Assembly: GCA_015663855.1 (NCBI GenBank)
Contig: DQRJ01000006.1
Location: 1 to 55,610 of the forward strand
Direction: 5' to 3'
Source of the DNA: Flavobacteriales bacterium
Lineage (GTDB): Bacteria; Bacteroidota; Bacteroidia; Flavobacteriales_D; Sanyastnellaceae
Length of the DNA stretch: 55,610 bases
This document shows positions 1 through 10,004 of the stretch, piece by piece; position 1 is the stretch's first letter; each line of letters opens with the position of its first letter. Both the position numbers and the translations under genes were made by a program. The notes under the pieces are model-generated. The model searched no databases. It was not told the DNA's origin and was given only the letters and a program-made list of their open reading frames with translations.

Positions 1-50
1 GGACCCCTTGCATGCCATGCAAGTGCGCTAGCCAGCTGCGCCATACCCCC
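1..50 (-). tRNA. tRNA-Ala(GGC), 5' ~50 nt only; the 3' part lies beyond the window edge
   Basis: Reverse complement reads GGGGGTA-TG-GCGC-AGCTGGCTA-GCGC-A-CTTGC-ATGGCAT-GCAAG-GGGTCC. This gives an acceptor strand, a D-arm, a 5-bp anticodon stem and a 7-nt loop with U33 and GGC at positions 34-36. Confidence 0.75.
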
Positions 51-87
51 TTTATTAAGGCCGTAAAGTTATGGCATTAAGCACTGA

Positions 88-645
88 TTAGTACCCATAC
101 CATGAGTTACCAAACTTAATGAAATCCTTTGCCGTATGGGGGGAGAACGTGTAGATTCCGAAAGTAGAATAGACGGAAAGTGTGGGCGAATTAAGTCCCG
201 AACCGAAGGAGTCGAAAATGGTCATTACGAAGCCGTCAGGAACGGATGCCGGAGATGGTAGATGTAATCTATAGCAAGTTCCTAGACAAGTTCCATAATT
301 AGGGATTTCAATGACATTAACATACCTGAAAGCCCCCACTACTATTGTCTCTAAGACTCCATTAAATTGAATCTCAGCGGATGTGTTTTCCTGTAGTGAC
401 TCAAGGTTTGAAATGGAGAGATTGATATTATCTATCACATCACCTAAAGAAATGCTATCAATTAAGATTTCAGCAGGCTGGAATGGATTGCCATAACCGG
501 CCATAAAATCTAATAAATCAGGGAGATTAAGGCTTCCATCAGCATCACCATCGGGATTGTAGGGATAGGTAAGCTGGGTTTGGGCTGAAACACTGAAATT
601 CAACACTACAGTTAAGAAAAATGCAAGAATTGATGTCTGATTCAT
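88..645 (-). CDS. Small secreted protein with one dockerin/EF-hand-like Ca-binding segment near the N-terminus
   Basis: Signal peptide MNQTSILAFFLTVVLNFSVSAQ. The segment DGDADGSLNLPDLLDFMAGYG resembles the two C-terminal segments of the 1212-aa protein at 50833-54471. Confidence 0.6.
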   Translation of the reverse strand: MNQTSILAFFLTVVLNFSVSAQTQLTYPYNPDGDADGSLNLPDLLDFMAGYGNPFQPAEILIDSISLGDVIDNINLSISNLESLQENTSAEIQFNGVLETIVVGAFRYVNVIEIPNYGTCLGTCYRLHLPSPASVPDGFVMTIFDSFGSGLNSPTLSVYSTFGIYTFSPHTAKDFIKFGNSWYGY

Positions 646-667
646 TTTGAGAATTGGGTGATGATTC

Positions 668-2167
668 CTATTCTGTCAAATTTAATGAGAGTCTTGAGAA
701 TAGGCCCGGGGTAGATGATGAACTTATCACCACCACGTATGAGCCAAGTGCAAGGCGGGTGCAATCTATTGATTTTGAGACGCCTGATAGGCATGACTTT
801 CCTCTTAAAGAGTATATAGACCAAACCACTTCCTCATTCGCCACTCCATCTAATCCTTGAATAGTTACTCTACTTGATCGATTGGTAGGGTTAGGGTAGA
901 GGGATATATTAGCGAATAGCGGGGATGCTTGCGAGACTCCAACAGAATTTAAGAACATCGGGTCGTTTTTAATTCCGAGCCCGGGAGTGGTCGAATTAAT
1001 TTCGGGGATCACATCGATGTTGTCGAGGCGGTAAACGCATATACTGGCGGAACCATTTAGGAATCCGTAGGTGGTGCCGATTATCCAGATGCGACCTTGA
1101 GAATCTAGCGAAATATTTGCGGGGGACTCGTCGAAATCGGTTCCGAGAACTCCCGAGTTTACGTACCCTCCGTTAGAGCCGAGGGTCGTGAGTACTATGT
1201 CCGTGCCGGTTTCGATATTTAGGTCAATATGAGCGAGCTTGATTAACTTATCTCCGACCCAAACCATTTTGCACCCCTCGACGAAGATGTCGCCCGAAGT
1301 GCTAACGGGAGTGCCGGGTGTTCCGTCATCGATATTGAGGCTTAATATCCCATGTCCGGCTGGAAGTTCGGGACGGTCGTACGAGTAAAGTAGTCGATAT
1401 CCGTTCGGGCCGAGAGCTATGTCATTTGCTACGTTGTCACCTGTAAGTGCGGTGTCGGGAGAGATTCGAGCCCAAATCGGGGTCCCGTTAGAATCCCAAG
1501 CCCAAATCGTAGATTGTTTGATTCCGTCAATTTCCGTGGATCCCGTAACGACTAGCGTGTCGTTATGGACACGGGCAGACTCTACTTCTTCGGTTCGAAC
1601 AGAATGCCCCCAAGTCGTGTACGACGCGTCGAGAATAGAAAGTGGATCATCTATATTCAATAACCAACCATCACCTTCAGCGGAACCCACCGCCCATCTA
1701 CTCCCCCTCCATTTAACAGCCGCTACGGGTAATTGATTCAAGGGATGCTCAATTTCCACTGTCGATACTATCTCACCCTCATCGACAAGGTTTTTTACAG
1801 TGTGAAGAACCAAATTGTAAGACTGGTTTTGGCCTAACCTCTTAGACATAATGGTTATATCACCATTTCCTTCAGGAACGAAACCCCAAGCATCAATGAT
1901 TTTCTCAACCGGAGAACCGTATGGAGTGAGAAGGCTCCAGGCGAATTGAAAATTTTCATCATAATTGATGATGTAACCCCGAACCGTACCTGCGGCATGA
2001 CTTGAAGTAGAACCTAAAACGTATGTACTATTCGAGAGCGGAATAACCGCTGCACCCTCGTCCACAAGAGGACCTCCGACAATGCGCAACTGAATATCGC
2101 TTTGTGCTGAAACCGTAATTACAGCAAAGGAAAGTGTGAGGAACGCAATCGCGTTAGTTAATTTCAT
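668..2167 (-). CDS. Secreted protein with T9SS C-terminal sorting domain (possible beta-propeller body)
   Basis: Signal peptide ending VSAQ. The C-terminal ~80 aa (ISLYPNPTNRSSRVTIQGL...GSYVVVISS) match the Por/T9SS CTD pattern. There is a 4-nt overlap with kdsA. Confidence 0.7.
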   Translation of the reverse strand: MKLTNAIAFLTLSFAVITVSAQSDIQLRIVGGPLVDEGAAVIPLSNSTYVLGSTSSHAAGTVRGYIINYDENFQFAWSLLTPYGSPVEKIIDAWGFVPEGNGDITIMSKRLGQNQSYNLVLHTVKNLVDEGEIVSTVEIEHPLNQLPVAAVKWRGSRWAVGSAEGDGWLLNIDDPLSILDASYTTWGHSVRTEEVESARVHNDTLVVTGSTEIDGIKQSTIWAWDSNGTPIWARISPDTALTGDNVANDIALGPNGYRLLYSYDRPELPAGHGILSLNIDDGTPGTPVSTSGDIFVEGCKMVWVGDKLIKLAHIDLNIETGTDIVLTTLGSNGGYVNSGVLGTDFDESPANISLDSQGRIWIIGTTYGFLNGSASICVYRLDNIDVIPEINSTTPGLGIKNDPMFLNSVGVSQASPLFANISLYPNPTNRSSRVTIQGLDGVANEEVVWSIYSLRGKSCLSGVSKSIDCTRLALGSYVVVISSSSTPGLFSRLSLNLTE

Positions 2168-3006
2168 AATCGAACAGATTCGTGGATGGCTGAAAGCGAC
2201 TTGAGAAGAGATGGAAGGTCATCAAGATGAAGCATATTAGCTCCGTCAGAAAGCGCTTCCGAAGGTCTTGGATGTGTTTCAATGAAAACCGCATCAGCAC
2301 CAGCTGCTACAGCTGCTCTGCCTAATGGGGCTATAAAGTGAGGAGTTCCGCCAGTAACACCAGAAGTTTGGTTCGGACGTTGCAGACTATGAGTCAGATC
2401 CATGACAGTAGGGGCGAAAGATCTCATCACAGGTATCCCTCTCATATCGACCACTAAATCTTCGTATCCGAAAGTCGTTCCCCTTTCTGTAACCCAAACG
2501 TCTTCGTTTCCTGCATCTCTAACCTTTTGAACCGCGTGAATCATAGATTCTGCCGATAAAAACTGACCTTTTTTAATATTGACCGTTTTTCCAGTTCGAG
2601 CTGCAGCTATTAAAAGATCGGTTTGGCGACATAGAAATGCCGGGATTTGTAGTACATCAACGTACTCGGACGCCATCGCCGCCTCCTCAGCGGTATGTAT
2701 ATCAGTTACAACTTTAACCCCGTAACGTTTACGCACTTCACCTAAAAGTTTAAGCGCTTCTACATCTCCTATCCCAGTAAAACTATCTATCCTGGATCTA
2801 TTCGCCTTTCGATAAGACGCCTTAAAAATCACAGGAAGTCCTAAATCACGACACGTTCCTATTACTCTTTCCGCGACCTCGAAAAGGGGCTTCTCCCCTT
2901 CTACAACGCACGGCCCCGCAATGACTAACAGCTTACCTCCTGATACCTCTTGAAAAGCCGTTTTCTGCCCTTGAGTCCAACGATTTGGAAATGCTTGCGA
3001 ATCCAT
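2164..3006 (-). CDS. kdsA: 3-deoxy-8-phosphooctulonate synthase (KDO-8-P synthase)
   Basis: LLVIAGPCVVEGE, FKASYRKANRS, QIPAFLCRQTDLL and NIKKGQF motifs are typical of KdsA. The 280-aa length fits. Confidence 0.9.
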   Translation of the reverse strand: MDSQAFPNRWTQGQKTAFQEVSGGKLLVIAGPCVVEGEKPLFEVAERVIGTCRDLGLPVIFKASYRKANRSRIDSFTGIGDVEALKLLGEVRKRYGVKVVTDIHTAEEAAMASEYVDVLQIPAFLCRQTDLLIAAARTGKTVNIKKGQFLSAESMIHAVQKVRDAGNEDVWVTERGTTFGYEDLVVDMRGIPVMRSFAPTVMDLTHSLQRPNQTSGVTGGTPHFIAPLGRAAVAAGADAVFIETHPRPSEALSDGANMLHLDDLPSLLKSLSAIHESVRL

Positions 3007-3019
3007 TATTAAATAATTA

Positions 3020-4345
3020 TTACTTACAAACCGATTTAAACCTACCTCCTAAAGCTGACCATCCGGAGCCGGCTAAGCGTTCTAAGCGCACCGTCACCCC
3101 TCTCCCGTATGAGAATTCTGCCATATCTGCGCCCAAGAATAATCCTATTGGGTTCTCAACTTCTACAACTAACATCCTTCTACAGCTGAATCGCCATTGA
3201 GCCCAAACCGCAGGCCGCATACCTCCCCATCCACCATATCTAGCTTCCACTCCGAATGCAATCTTATCAATAGGCTTCCAACCTACACCCGCCGTATAAA
3301 GCGGTTCTGGCATCCACCCTCCTGATGATATCGACATCTCTATCAATACATCAGGCGAAGGCTCGTAAATAATATTCGCCGACAGTTTCGAGGGCAGGAG
3401 AGTCATTCTCTTCACTGAATTACCCGTTAGAATTATGGAGTCCGTACTAACCCCTTCATCTAATACTGACTCCCAGGTAAGTGAATCACCTAAAACGGGA
3501 AGCCCCGTTGTAGCGATCCCCTCCGAGAACCAAGCGACAGATGAACCCCCAGGTTCGAATAAAACACCCAAATCCTTGAAGTTAATTTCGAATCGAATCG
3601 GCAACGCTTCAGACGCTAGAGGAAGTCTCCCGGAAATCCCAATTCCATACGCTGGAAGAAGAGACAACTGAGAACCTGCGGCCGCAGTTGTATCATAAGA
3701 AGCATGTAATCTCGCCTCTGATTGAATGTACGTGTCGAGCGAATCAGCATTCTCCGATACCCAAAAATAACCATAAGGAACACTCCACTCAAACCCTGCA
3801 AGACGCTGAACCAAAGATATTTCCAAGCGCTGTCTAGTACTTGTACTCTCAAGGCCTAATCCGAATCTATTGAACACTCCAGCCCTCACACCAGTACCAC
3901 TCAGCACGTCCACCCTTCCGGTATGACCTCCATTTCCATACCAAACTAGCTCAAACAAATCTGAAGTCCACGAAGCATCATAAAGCACCTCACTCCCATG
4001 CGATCCACACAATGCCCAATCTCCATTTCCGAAGGGTTTCGCTGCCCATTCTCTCTCCCATCCGATACTACCGCCGAAAGCTCCCATCCCGCCTTTATGA
4101 GCATCTAGAACAGGATCTAAAATATCATGGCTGATAAATCCACCGCGAGCAATTGAGCTGATGAATCCTGTTGAAATCACGTTACTGTTTTGGTTACCCC
4201 AAACCGACCATGACGCATCGCCGTTCTTATTCTTCACCCTAGTAGAATCACCTCGAGTCTCTCCATCTCCCCCCAGCACGGCATCTGAAGCGACTAGGCT
4301 TACAATCGCAATAACTAACAAAACACCTGATTTTAAGTACTTCAT
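3020..4345 (-). CDS. Hypothetical secreted / outer-membrane-like protein
   Basis: 441-aa ORF with N-terminal signal sequence (LLVIAIVSLVASDA). It is Gly/Ser/Trp-rich with alternating strands, and is packed 2 nt from the upstream gene. Confidence 0.5.
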   Translation of the reverse strand: MKYLKSGVLLVIAIVSLVASDAVLGGDGETRGDSTRVKNKNGDASWSVWGNQNSNVISTGFISSIARGGFISHDILDPVLDAHKGGMGAFGGSIGWEREWAAKPFGNGDWALCGSHGSEVLYDASWTSDLFELVWYGNGGHTGRVDVLSGTGVRAGVFNRFGLGLESTSTRQRLEISLVQRLAGFEWSVPYGYFWVSENADSLDTYIQSEARLHASYDTTAAAGSQLSLLPAYGIGISGRLPLASEALPIRFEINFKDLGVLFEPGGSSVAWFSEGIATTGLPVLGDSLTWESVLDEGVSTDSIILTGNSVKRMTLLPSKLSANIIYEPSPDVLIEMSISSGGWMPEPLYTAGVGWKPIDKIAFGVEARYGGWGGMRPAVWAQWRFSCRRMLVVEVENPIGLFLGADMAEFSYGRGVTVRLERLAGSGWSALGGRFKSVCK

Positions 4346-4347
4346 AG

Positions 4348-5904
4348 TTATTCTACTTCAATAAGTTGCGTTCCTTCAATCCTAACCTGAACGCGAATAT
4401 TTTCATAACCAGTAAAGATTTGGGCCCCATCTGTACGCACAGTTAAGACCAAATGAATAGTTCCTCCAGGTTCAATAATCGCTTGATTTACTGGTATTTC
4501 GATATGCGAATAAGCTGGCGTGTCAGGGAAAGATCTTCCCGCTTCAATAACAGCATCTACACTAACAATGGTGCTAATAGAGTCATTCACAACGTAATCA
4601 ATGTCCGCTATAACTTCAACTGGGAAAGTGCTTGTAAAATCGACGAGAAGTCTACCGTCGAACTTAGGAAAGTCCATAGGGTCTATAGTATAATTTTCTT
4701 CTAACACTACTCCATCGACGCCCATGTTGAACGGTATTTCTATTTCAAGTTCGACCTCGGGTATGTAGTCAACGTCGACATAGTCGTTTCCGAATGACAC
4801 ATCACCGAAAGGATTGAGCTCGACACTACCCGCCATTCGAAGAAGCTGGGGGAAGGTCTCCATAAGGTCGAAAATATTAGACCCTGGCTCTCCTAAATCG
4901 ATTTCCATAACCGTTGAGTTTATGAGATCACCATCAATCCATTGGGCTCTAGGAAGGTCGTGCGCACCGTACAAAGTCGGGTGATCTACCACTGACCCAT
5001 CGACTAAAAGAGTGTCAAATATCATTCTTAAATCCATCCCTATTAGATTGTCTATGCGCAATTTAGCTACCGCCCCCTCAAGGTTTAGTATAGGGTTTGG
5101 AACTGGCACTGTGTCTATTAATGAAACCTGGGTTCCATAATCAAGATTCACATTACCGAAATACCCTTTTGCCTTAGCGGCCTTCATACCATGCATCTCA
5201 ATCTTAACTCCTAAACTATCGAGATTCGTGATGTAAAACACTTCCGAATTCAGAGGACTATTAATAGCCGTGAAGGATGATTGGATGATGTTATTACTCG
5301 TCCCATTTGATCCAGTCATATCAAAAATCGCCCCTGTAAGATCCACGGTTGAAGTCGCTATTCCGTTAACTCCTCCTGCCGCCGCTGGAACCTCAAGATC
5401 AATTCCTACTGGCTCACCATTCACAGTCACACTCGTAAGGAAATAACTCATATTCAGAATTCCACTAACGGTACTCTCAACTGTAAACGTCATAGTTCCC
5501 TCACCTAAAACAAGATTGCGTATGTAGGCACCAGATTCTTCTCCTAAATTTGTAACAAGCATATCACTTGTAATATCCATAAATGGATAGTCTGCAGGAA
5601 CAGGGATGGCTATCGGCAGTTCATTCCCCATAGAGAATATGTTTAACAAAGTAGTATCGGGTAAAGCCGGGATATCGTCTTGAGAGAACATATCGAATGG
5701 ACCTCTATAGACCAAACGTGCCGGCTCCCCTCCTTCCCCTAATTCTAAAAGCGAATCCGGGATAAGTGAAGACCACGTAATATTATCATCTATCAGTGGC
5801 AGAAATATCTCTGACTCCCAGCTTAACGCTTCCCTATCCCCGCAGCTGTGGAAAGCAATGATGACGATGAGTGCGGCAAGAACTAGTTTGGTTTTACCTA
5901 ACAT
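4348..5904 (-). CDS. Hypothetical lipoprotein
   Basis: 518-aa ORF with a lipoprotein signal (LIVIIAFHSC, with the Cys in lipobox position). No recognisable catalytic motif. Confidence 0.55.
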   Translation of the reverse strand: MLGKTKLVLAALIVIIAFHSCGDREALSWESEIFLPLIDDNITWSSLIPDSLLELGEGGEPARLVYRGPFDMFSQDDIPALPDTTLLNIFSMGNELPIAIPVPADYPFMDITSDMLVTNLGEESGAYIRNLVLGEGTMTFTVESTVSGILNMSYFLTSVTVNGEPVGIDLEVPAAAGGVNGIATSTVDLTGAIFDMTGSNGTSNNIIQSSFTAINSPLNSEVFYITNLDSLGVKIEMHGMKAAKAKGYFGNVNLDYGTQVSLIDTVPVPNPILNLEGAVAKLRIDNLIGMDLRMIFDTLLVDGSVVDHPTLYGAHDLPRAQWIDGDLINSTVMEIDLGEPGSNIFDLMETFPQLLRMAGSVELNPFGDVSFGNDYVDVDYIPEVELEIEIPFNMGVDGVVLEENYTIDPMDFPKFDGRLLVDFTSTFPVEVIADIDYVVNDSISTIVSVDAVIEAGRSFPDTPAYSHIEIPVNQAIIEPGGTIHLVLTVRTDGAQIFTGYENIRVQVRIEGTQLIEVE

Positions 5905-7900
5905 TTATAAATGGTTTAATAGGGGTTAATGCCAAAATTACGGATATCGCGGCGCCCCACAATGAAATAGATGTGAACTGAGGCAATATTCCGGGGCTTA
6001 ATAGTAAATAGGTTGCTATTAAGACGACTGACACATAGGTCATGGTTGCTTTCATCTTAAATTTAGTGGGGACGAAGTACACTAATGCGGGAAGGGACCA
6101 AAGTAAATTACAATTCGCCCATGTGTCCGTGTGATCCGTCAAAGTCCACATTACGAGAAGCATAACTCCTAGTGCGGACGCTACGATTAACACGACAGAG
6201 CGAGCGATTTTGAACAACTTGAAATTTACGTTCGGGCTCGATTGGGGCGTCGAGGTACGGGATTTGAATCGGAGGAATGCTATAATTAATGCCAGAAGAA
6301 CCATAACTATAGTAGGGACGAGACGCGCCACAGATTCAGGGGGCGCACCTGAAAGCCAAGCTCCTTCAACAATCAAGAGGTCAATCTTGTCAGCTTCGCT
6401 CGTTAAGGGTTCGCCATTTACAGTCATACTCAAAAGAGCTTTAGAAAGATCGTCTGGAATATAGGCCGAACCGCAAGGAGGCATGACATTATCGGCGCGA
6501 GAGCCTAAAACGAAATCCATACCGAAAGCCGTCCATGGAGAGCCGTCAATGTATGGGTCCAAACCATCACGAAAAGTTCTACCATCGGCAATACAATTGG
6601 TTTGGAACCCCTCGCCAAGAGCATTCTCTAACACGACAATCACTCGCGAAGCACAGTTATCTCTAAAGAATTCATATCGATACCCTGCATTCTCTTCCTG
6701 TAAATTCCACGACAGGTATTTAGCCACGCTTCTGACTTCGTCAGTAGACAGGCGTAAAATCTGTTCAAACAATCCGCGTCCTTCATCTAAATACGATTTG
6801 TTAAACATATGAAACGGAGCCGCTGTTAGAGTATAATCGAGGTGTCCCTTCAAAAATTTCATATAGAAATCATCCGAAAAAGAAAACGTCCCATAATTAA
6901 AAACCCAATCCACCACTGGCACCTCTGATGGGTCATAAATTCTGATGGCAGTATGCCCGAATGCGGAATACGTATCAGCACCGGGGCTTCCAGTCAGAAC
7001 ACTAACCACAGCCTCATCACTCAGGTTATCAAACCATTGAGCTTGAAGTGGCGCTTGAAGCAGCCCCATCCCCAGAAGTAACAACCCTAAAATCTTCATC
7101 ACCCCCCTTCTCATTTCACTCGCCTTCCCGGAAAGCCAAACCTCATCAGGTTTATCAAACTCGACGAACAAATCCCCTCCCTCCATCTTCACTTTACGTT
7201 CCTTATCGCCAGCATTTATAGAAAAATCCGTCAAAGCCGCAGCAACTGCACCTGTTCCACACGCTTTCGTTTCAGCCTCAACTCCCCTTTCATAAGTGCG
7301 CAGACTTATCTCTCCTACCCCTCTTACAAGAACTGCATTAACATTCGAGCCATCAGGCGAATACATATCGCTATACCTCACCTTCCTACCAAACCCATCA
7401 ATATCAAATTCTCTCAACTCAATTTCATCCTTTACGTAATGTAAATGATGCGGAGAACCTGTGTCGAGGAAGAAATCACCCGAAAATTCCCCTTCTAAAA
7501 TACGACGGGGCTCCCCCACAGGTCGGAACTTTACAGATGGAAGCTCGTAATTTGAATTCTGTTTCACCTCGTGCAGTCCGTCACACGCTTTAAAAACCGC
7601 GCGCTCTCCGACCCACCCCTCTCGTCTCGCATATGCATATGACGCCCTCGTCCCATTCCCACAAAAAGACCTCGATCCGTCAGGATTCCTGTAATCACAT
7701 CTCATGTCTACACCTAATTCCGACGACTCTCCTAATACGATTAGCCCGTCCGTATTTTCTTTCCTGCATATCTCCTCCACAACACTATCCTCTAAAGAGA
7801 ATAAATCGACATCCTCACCACACCCTAAAGCGTTGATTATTATGAACGTATTACCTGTCCCCTCCCACTTTTGAAATTCGATTTGCAACTCTTCAGCCAT
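5894..7900 (-). CDS. dapF: Diaminopimelate epimerase domain continuous in frame with a DUF4105-like periplasmic plus multi-TM domain (may really be two genes; internal ATG at 7099)
   Basis: Residues 1-265 carry the DapF motifs GTGNTFIII, FCGNGTRA and ACGTGAVAAA. From residue 268 there is a signal-like MKILGLLLLGMGLLQAPLQAQ. This is followed by SVLTGSPGADTYSAFGHTAIRIYDP (DUF4105-like) and C-terminal TM helices. No stop codon lies between the two parts. Confidence 0.7.
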   Translation of the reverse strand: MAEELQIEFQKWEGTGNTFIIINALGCGEDVDLFSLEDSVVEEICRKENTDGLIVLGESSELGVDMRCDYRNPDGSRSFCGNGTRASYAYARREGWVGERAVFKACDGLHEVKQNSNYELPSVKFRPVGEPRRILEGEFSGDFFLDTGSPHHLHYVKDEIELREFDIDGFGRKVRYSDMYSPDGSNVNAVLVRGVGEISLRTYERGVEAETKACGTGAVAAALTDFSINAGDKERKVKMEGGDLFVEFDKPDEVWLSGKASEMRRGVMKILGLLLLGMGLLQAPLQAQWFDNLSDEAVVSVLTGSPGADTYSAFGHTAIRIYDPSEVPVVDWVFNYGTFSFSDDFYMKFLKGHLDYTLTAAPFHMFNKSYLDEGRGLFEQILRLSTDEVRSVAKYLSWNLQEENAGYRYEFFRDNCASRVIVVLENALGEGFQTNCIADGRTFRDGLDPYIDGSPWTAFGMDFVLGSRADNVMPPCGSAYIPDDLSKALLSMTVNGEPLTSEADKIDLLIVEGAWLSGAPPESVARLVPTIVMVLLALIIAFLRFKSRTSTPQSSPNVNFKLFKIARSVVLIVASALGVMLLVMWTLTDHTDTWANCNLLWSLPALVYFVPTKFKMKATMTYVSVVLIATYLLLSPGILPQFTSISLWGAAISVILALTPIKPFINVR

Positions 7901-7915
7901 GGCTTAAAGGTAACG

Positions 7916-7923
7916 TACCTTTG
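7916..7923 (+). promoter_or_regulatory. Bacteroidota-type -7 box TAccTTTG
   Basis: Matches the TAnnTTTG consensus. It lies 5 nt upstream of the ATG at 7929. Confidence 0.35.
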
Positions 7924-7928
7924 TTTCG

Positions 7929-9998
7929 ATGTCGCAACACTCCTCTACTTCAATTTCAACAGACAAACTTGTAGCTGCGTATAAAACTATGCGCACCGCA
8001 AGGAGCATGTCTGACCTTTTCGAGGAGCACGCAAAACTCACTTCTAAGTACGTTCACGCGTGCTCAAACGGGCACGAGGCGATACAAGTAGCAGCAGGAT
8101 CTATGTTGAAATCTCAGGACTGGCTCAGTTGCTATTACAGGGATGATAGTATGCTACTTTCTATGGGATTGAAGCCTGAGGAATTGATATTACAGCTTTT
8201 TGCAAAACGTGATGATCCGTTTTCTGGAGGCCGAACCTATTATTGCCACCCCTCATTAAACAGGCCTGATCTTCCTAAAATCCCCCACCAAAGTTCAGCA
8301 ACAGGTATGCAAGCCATTCCAGCAGCTGGAGTTGCCATGGGGCTTCAATACCGAGAACAACAAAGGTTAGACAAATGGGATAAAGGAGAGGCCCCAGTCG
8401 TAATGTGCTCTCTTGGAGATGCAGCCATTACCGAAGGTGAAGTTAGCGAGGCGCTTTATATGACGGCGCTGAAGAAATTACCTATGATTTGGCTTGTCCA
8501 GGATAACGAATGGGATATCTCGGCACACGCATCAGAAATCCGGTTCGGGGATGCAACAACCATGGCAGCTGGATTCCCACCCATAGAAGTACGCAAGGTT
8601 GACGGAACAGACCTCCCGGCTTGCTTAGCATTAATGCAAGAGGTCTTTGACATCGTTAGAGAAGAACGCAGACCGTTCTTAATACATGCAACAGTTCCGC
8701 TTTTAGGACACCACACCTCAGGAGTGAGGAAGGAATTCTATAGAGACGACTTAGAAGAAGCTAGTGCTCGCGACCCTCTTCCTCGTATAGAGAACTATTT
8801 ATTAGATGGCGAAATACTAGATTCCACTTCTCTCGCTTTATTAAAAGCAGAAATAGAGAACGGGGTAGTTGAATCTTTTGAGAAAGCTCGTAATGCCGAG
8901 GAACCGATTTTCACCGAACTTCTAGAACATATTTACGCTCCCACTCCGATTACCGAGGAGAAAGGTACTCGCGAACCTAAAGACGGAGAAACAACACTCA
9001 TGGTCGATTGTGCGCTTCATGCGATACAAGAAATCATGACCGAATATCCCGAATCTCTCTTGTATGGACAGGACGTAGGAAAGCGACTTGGCGGAGTTTT
9101 CCGTGAAACCGCTACTCTTGGAAACAAGTTCGGAGACGACAGAGTATTCAACACACCTATCCAAGAAGCGTTCATCATCGGATCTACTGTAGGGATGTCG
9201 TGTGTGGGACTAAAGCCCATAGTTGAAGTCCAATTCGCGGACTACTTATGGCCTGGTTTAAACCAACTGTTCTCTGAGCTCAGCCGTTCATATTTCCTAT
9301 CTAACGGCAAATGGCCAGTCCATTCTCTAATAAGAGTTCCTATCGGAGCATATGGATCCGGCGGACCTTATCACAGCTCATCTATAGAATCTGTTCTAGC
9401 CAACATTCGAGGAATTAAAGTAGCATATCCATCAAACGGTGCAGACTTAAAAGGACTTCTGAAATCTGCCTTCCACGACCCTAACCCGGTAGTTGTGCTT
9501 GAGCATAAAGGTCTTTATTGGTCAAAAATTCCAGGAACTGAAGCGGCCAAATGCATTGAACCTTCTGAGGATTACATCATTCCGTTCGGAAAAGCAAGAA
9601 CTGTCATTAGCGCTACTGATACAGAGAACCCATGCTGTTCTATTATCACATATGGGCGTGGAGTTTATTGGGCTATAGAAGCCGCAAAAGAATATCCAGG
9701 AGTAGTTGAAATCATTGACCTCAGAACCATTGTTCCTGTCGATTTCGAGGCTATTTCCTCAAGCATCAAACGCACAAATCGCTGCTTAATTCTTTCCGAA
9801 GAATCTATTTCAAACAGTTTCGCTCAAGCCCTTTGCGGGAGAGTTGCAAAAGAATGTTTCGAGCACTTAGACGCTGCCCCTCAGACGCTTGGAAGCGTAG
9901 AGTTACCTGCCATTCCGCTTAATGAAGCGATGGAACAGGAGGTCTTGCCTAACGCTAAAAAAGTGGCTGCCGTTATTGGCACGTTGCTTGATTATTAG
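7929..9998 (+). CDS. Fused alpha/beta E1 component of a 2-oxoacid (branched-chain-type) dehydrogenase, TPP-dependent
   Basis: 689 aa. The N-terminal half has a TPP-binding GDAAITEGE...QDNEW motif. The C-terminal half has a transketolase-like pyrimidine-binding domain (NTPIQEAFIIGSTVGM). Confidence 0.8.
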   Translation: MSQHSSTSISTDKLVAAYKTMRTARSMSDLFEEHAKLTSKYVHACSNGHEAIQVAAGSMLKSQDWLSCYYRDDSMLLSMGLKPEELILQLFAKRDDPFSGGRTYYCHPSLNRPDLPKIPHQSSATGMQAIPAAGVAMGLQYREQQRLDKWDKGEAPVVMCSLGDAAITEGEVSEALYMTALKKLPMIWLVQDNEWDISAHASEIRFGDATTMAAGFPPIEVRKVDGTDLPACLALMQEVFDIVREERRPFLIHATVPLLGHHTSGVRKEFYRDDLEEASARDPLPRIENYLLDGEILDSTSLALLKAEIENGVVESFEKARNAEEPIFTELLEHIYAPTPITEEKGTREPKDGETTLMVDCALHAIQEIMTEYPESLLYGQDVGKRLGGVFRETATLGNKFGDDRVFNTPIQEAFIIGSTVGMSCVGLKPIVEVQFADYLWPGLNQLFSELSRSYFLSNGKWPVHSLIRVPIGAYGSGGPYHSSSIESVLANIRGIKVAYPSNGADLKGLLKSAFHDPNPVVVLEHKGLYWSKIPGTEAAKCIEPSEDYIIPFGKARTVISATDTENPCCSIITYGRGVYWAIEAAKEYPGVVEIIDLRTIVPVDFEAISSSIKRTNRCLILSEESISNSFAQALCGRVAKECFEHLDAAPQTLGSVELPAIPLNEAMEQEVLPNAKKVAAVIGTLLDY

Positions 9999-10004
9999 TC
10001 GAAT

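Noticed and set aside
654-860. 68-aa plus-strand ORF and 642-824 minus-strand ORF
   Set aside because: They overlap the 3' end (T9SS CTD region) of the 499-aa gene in other frames. There is no supporting motif.
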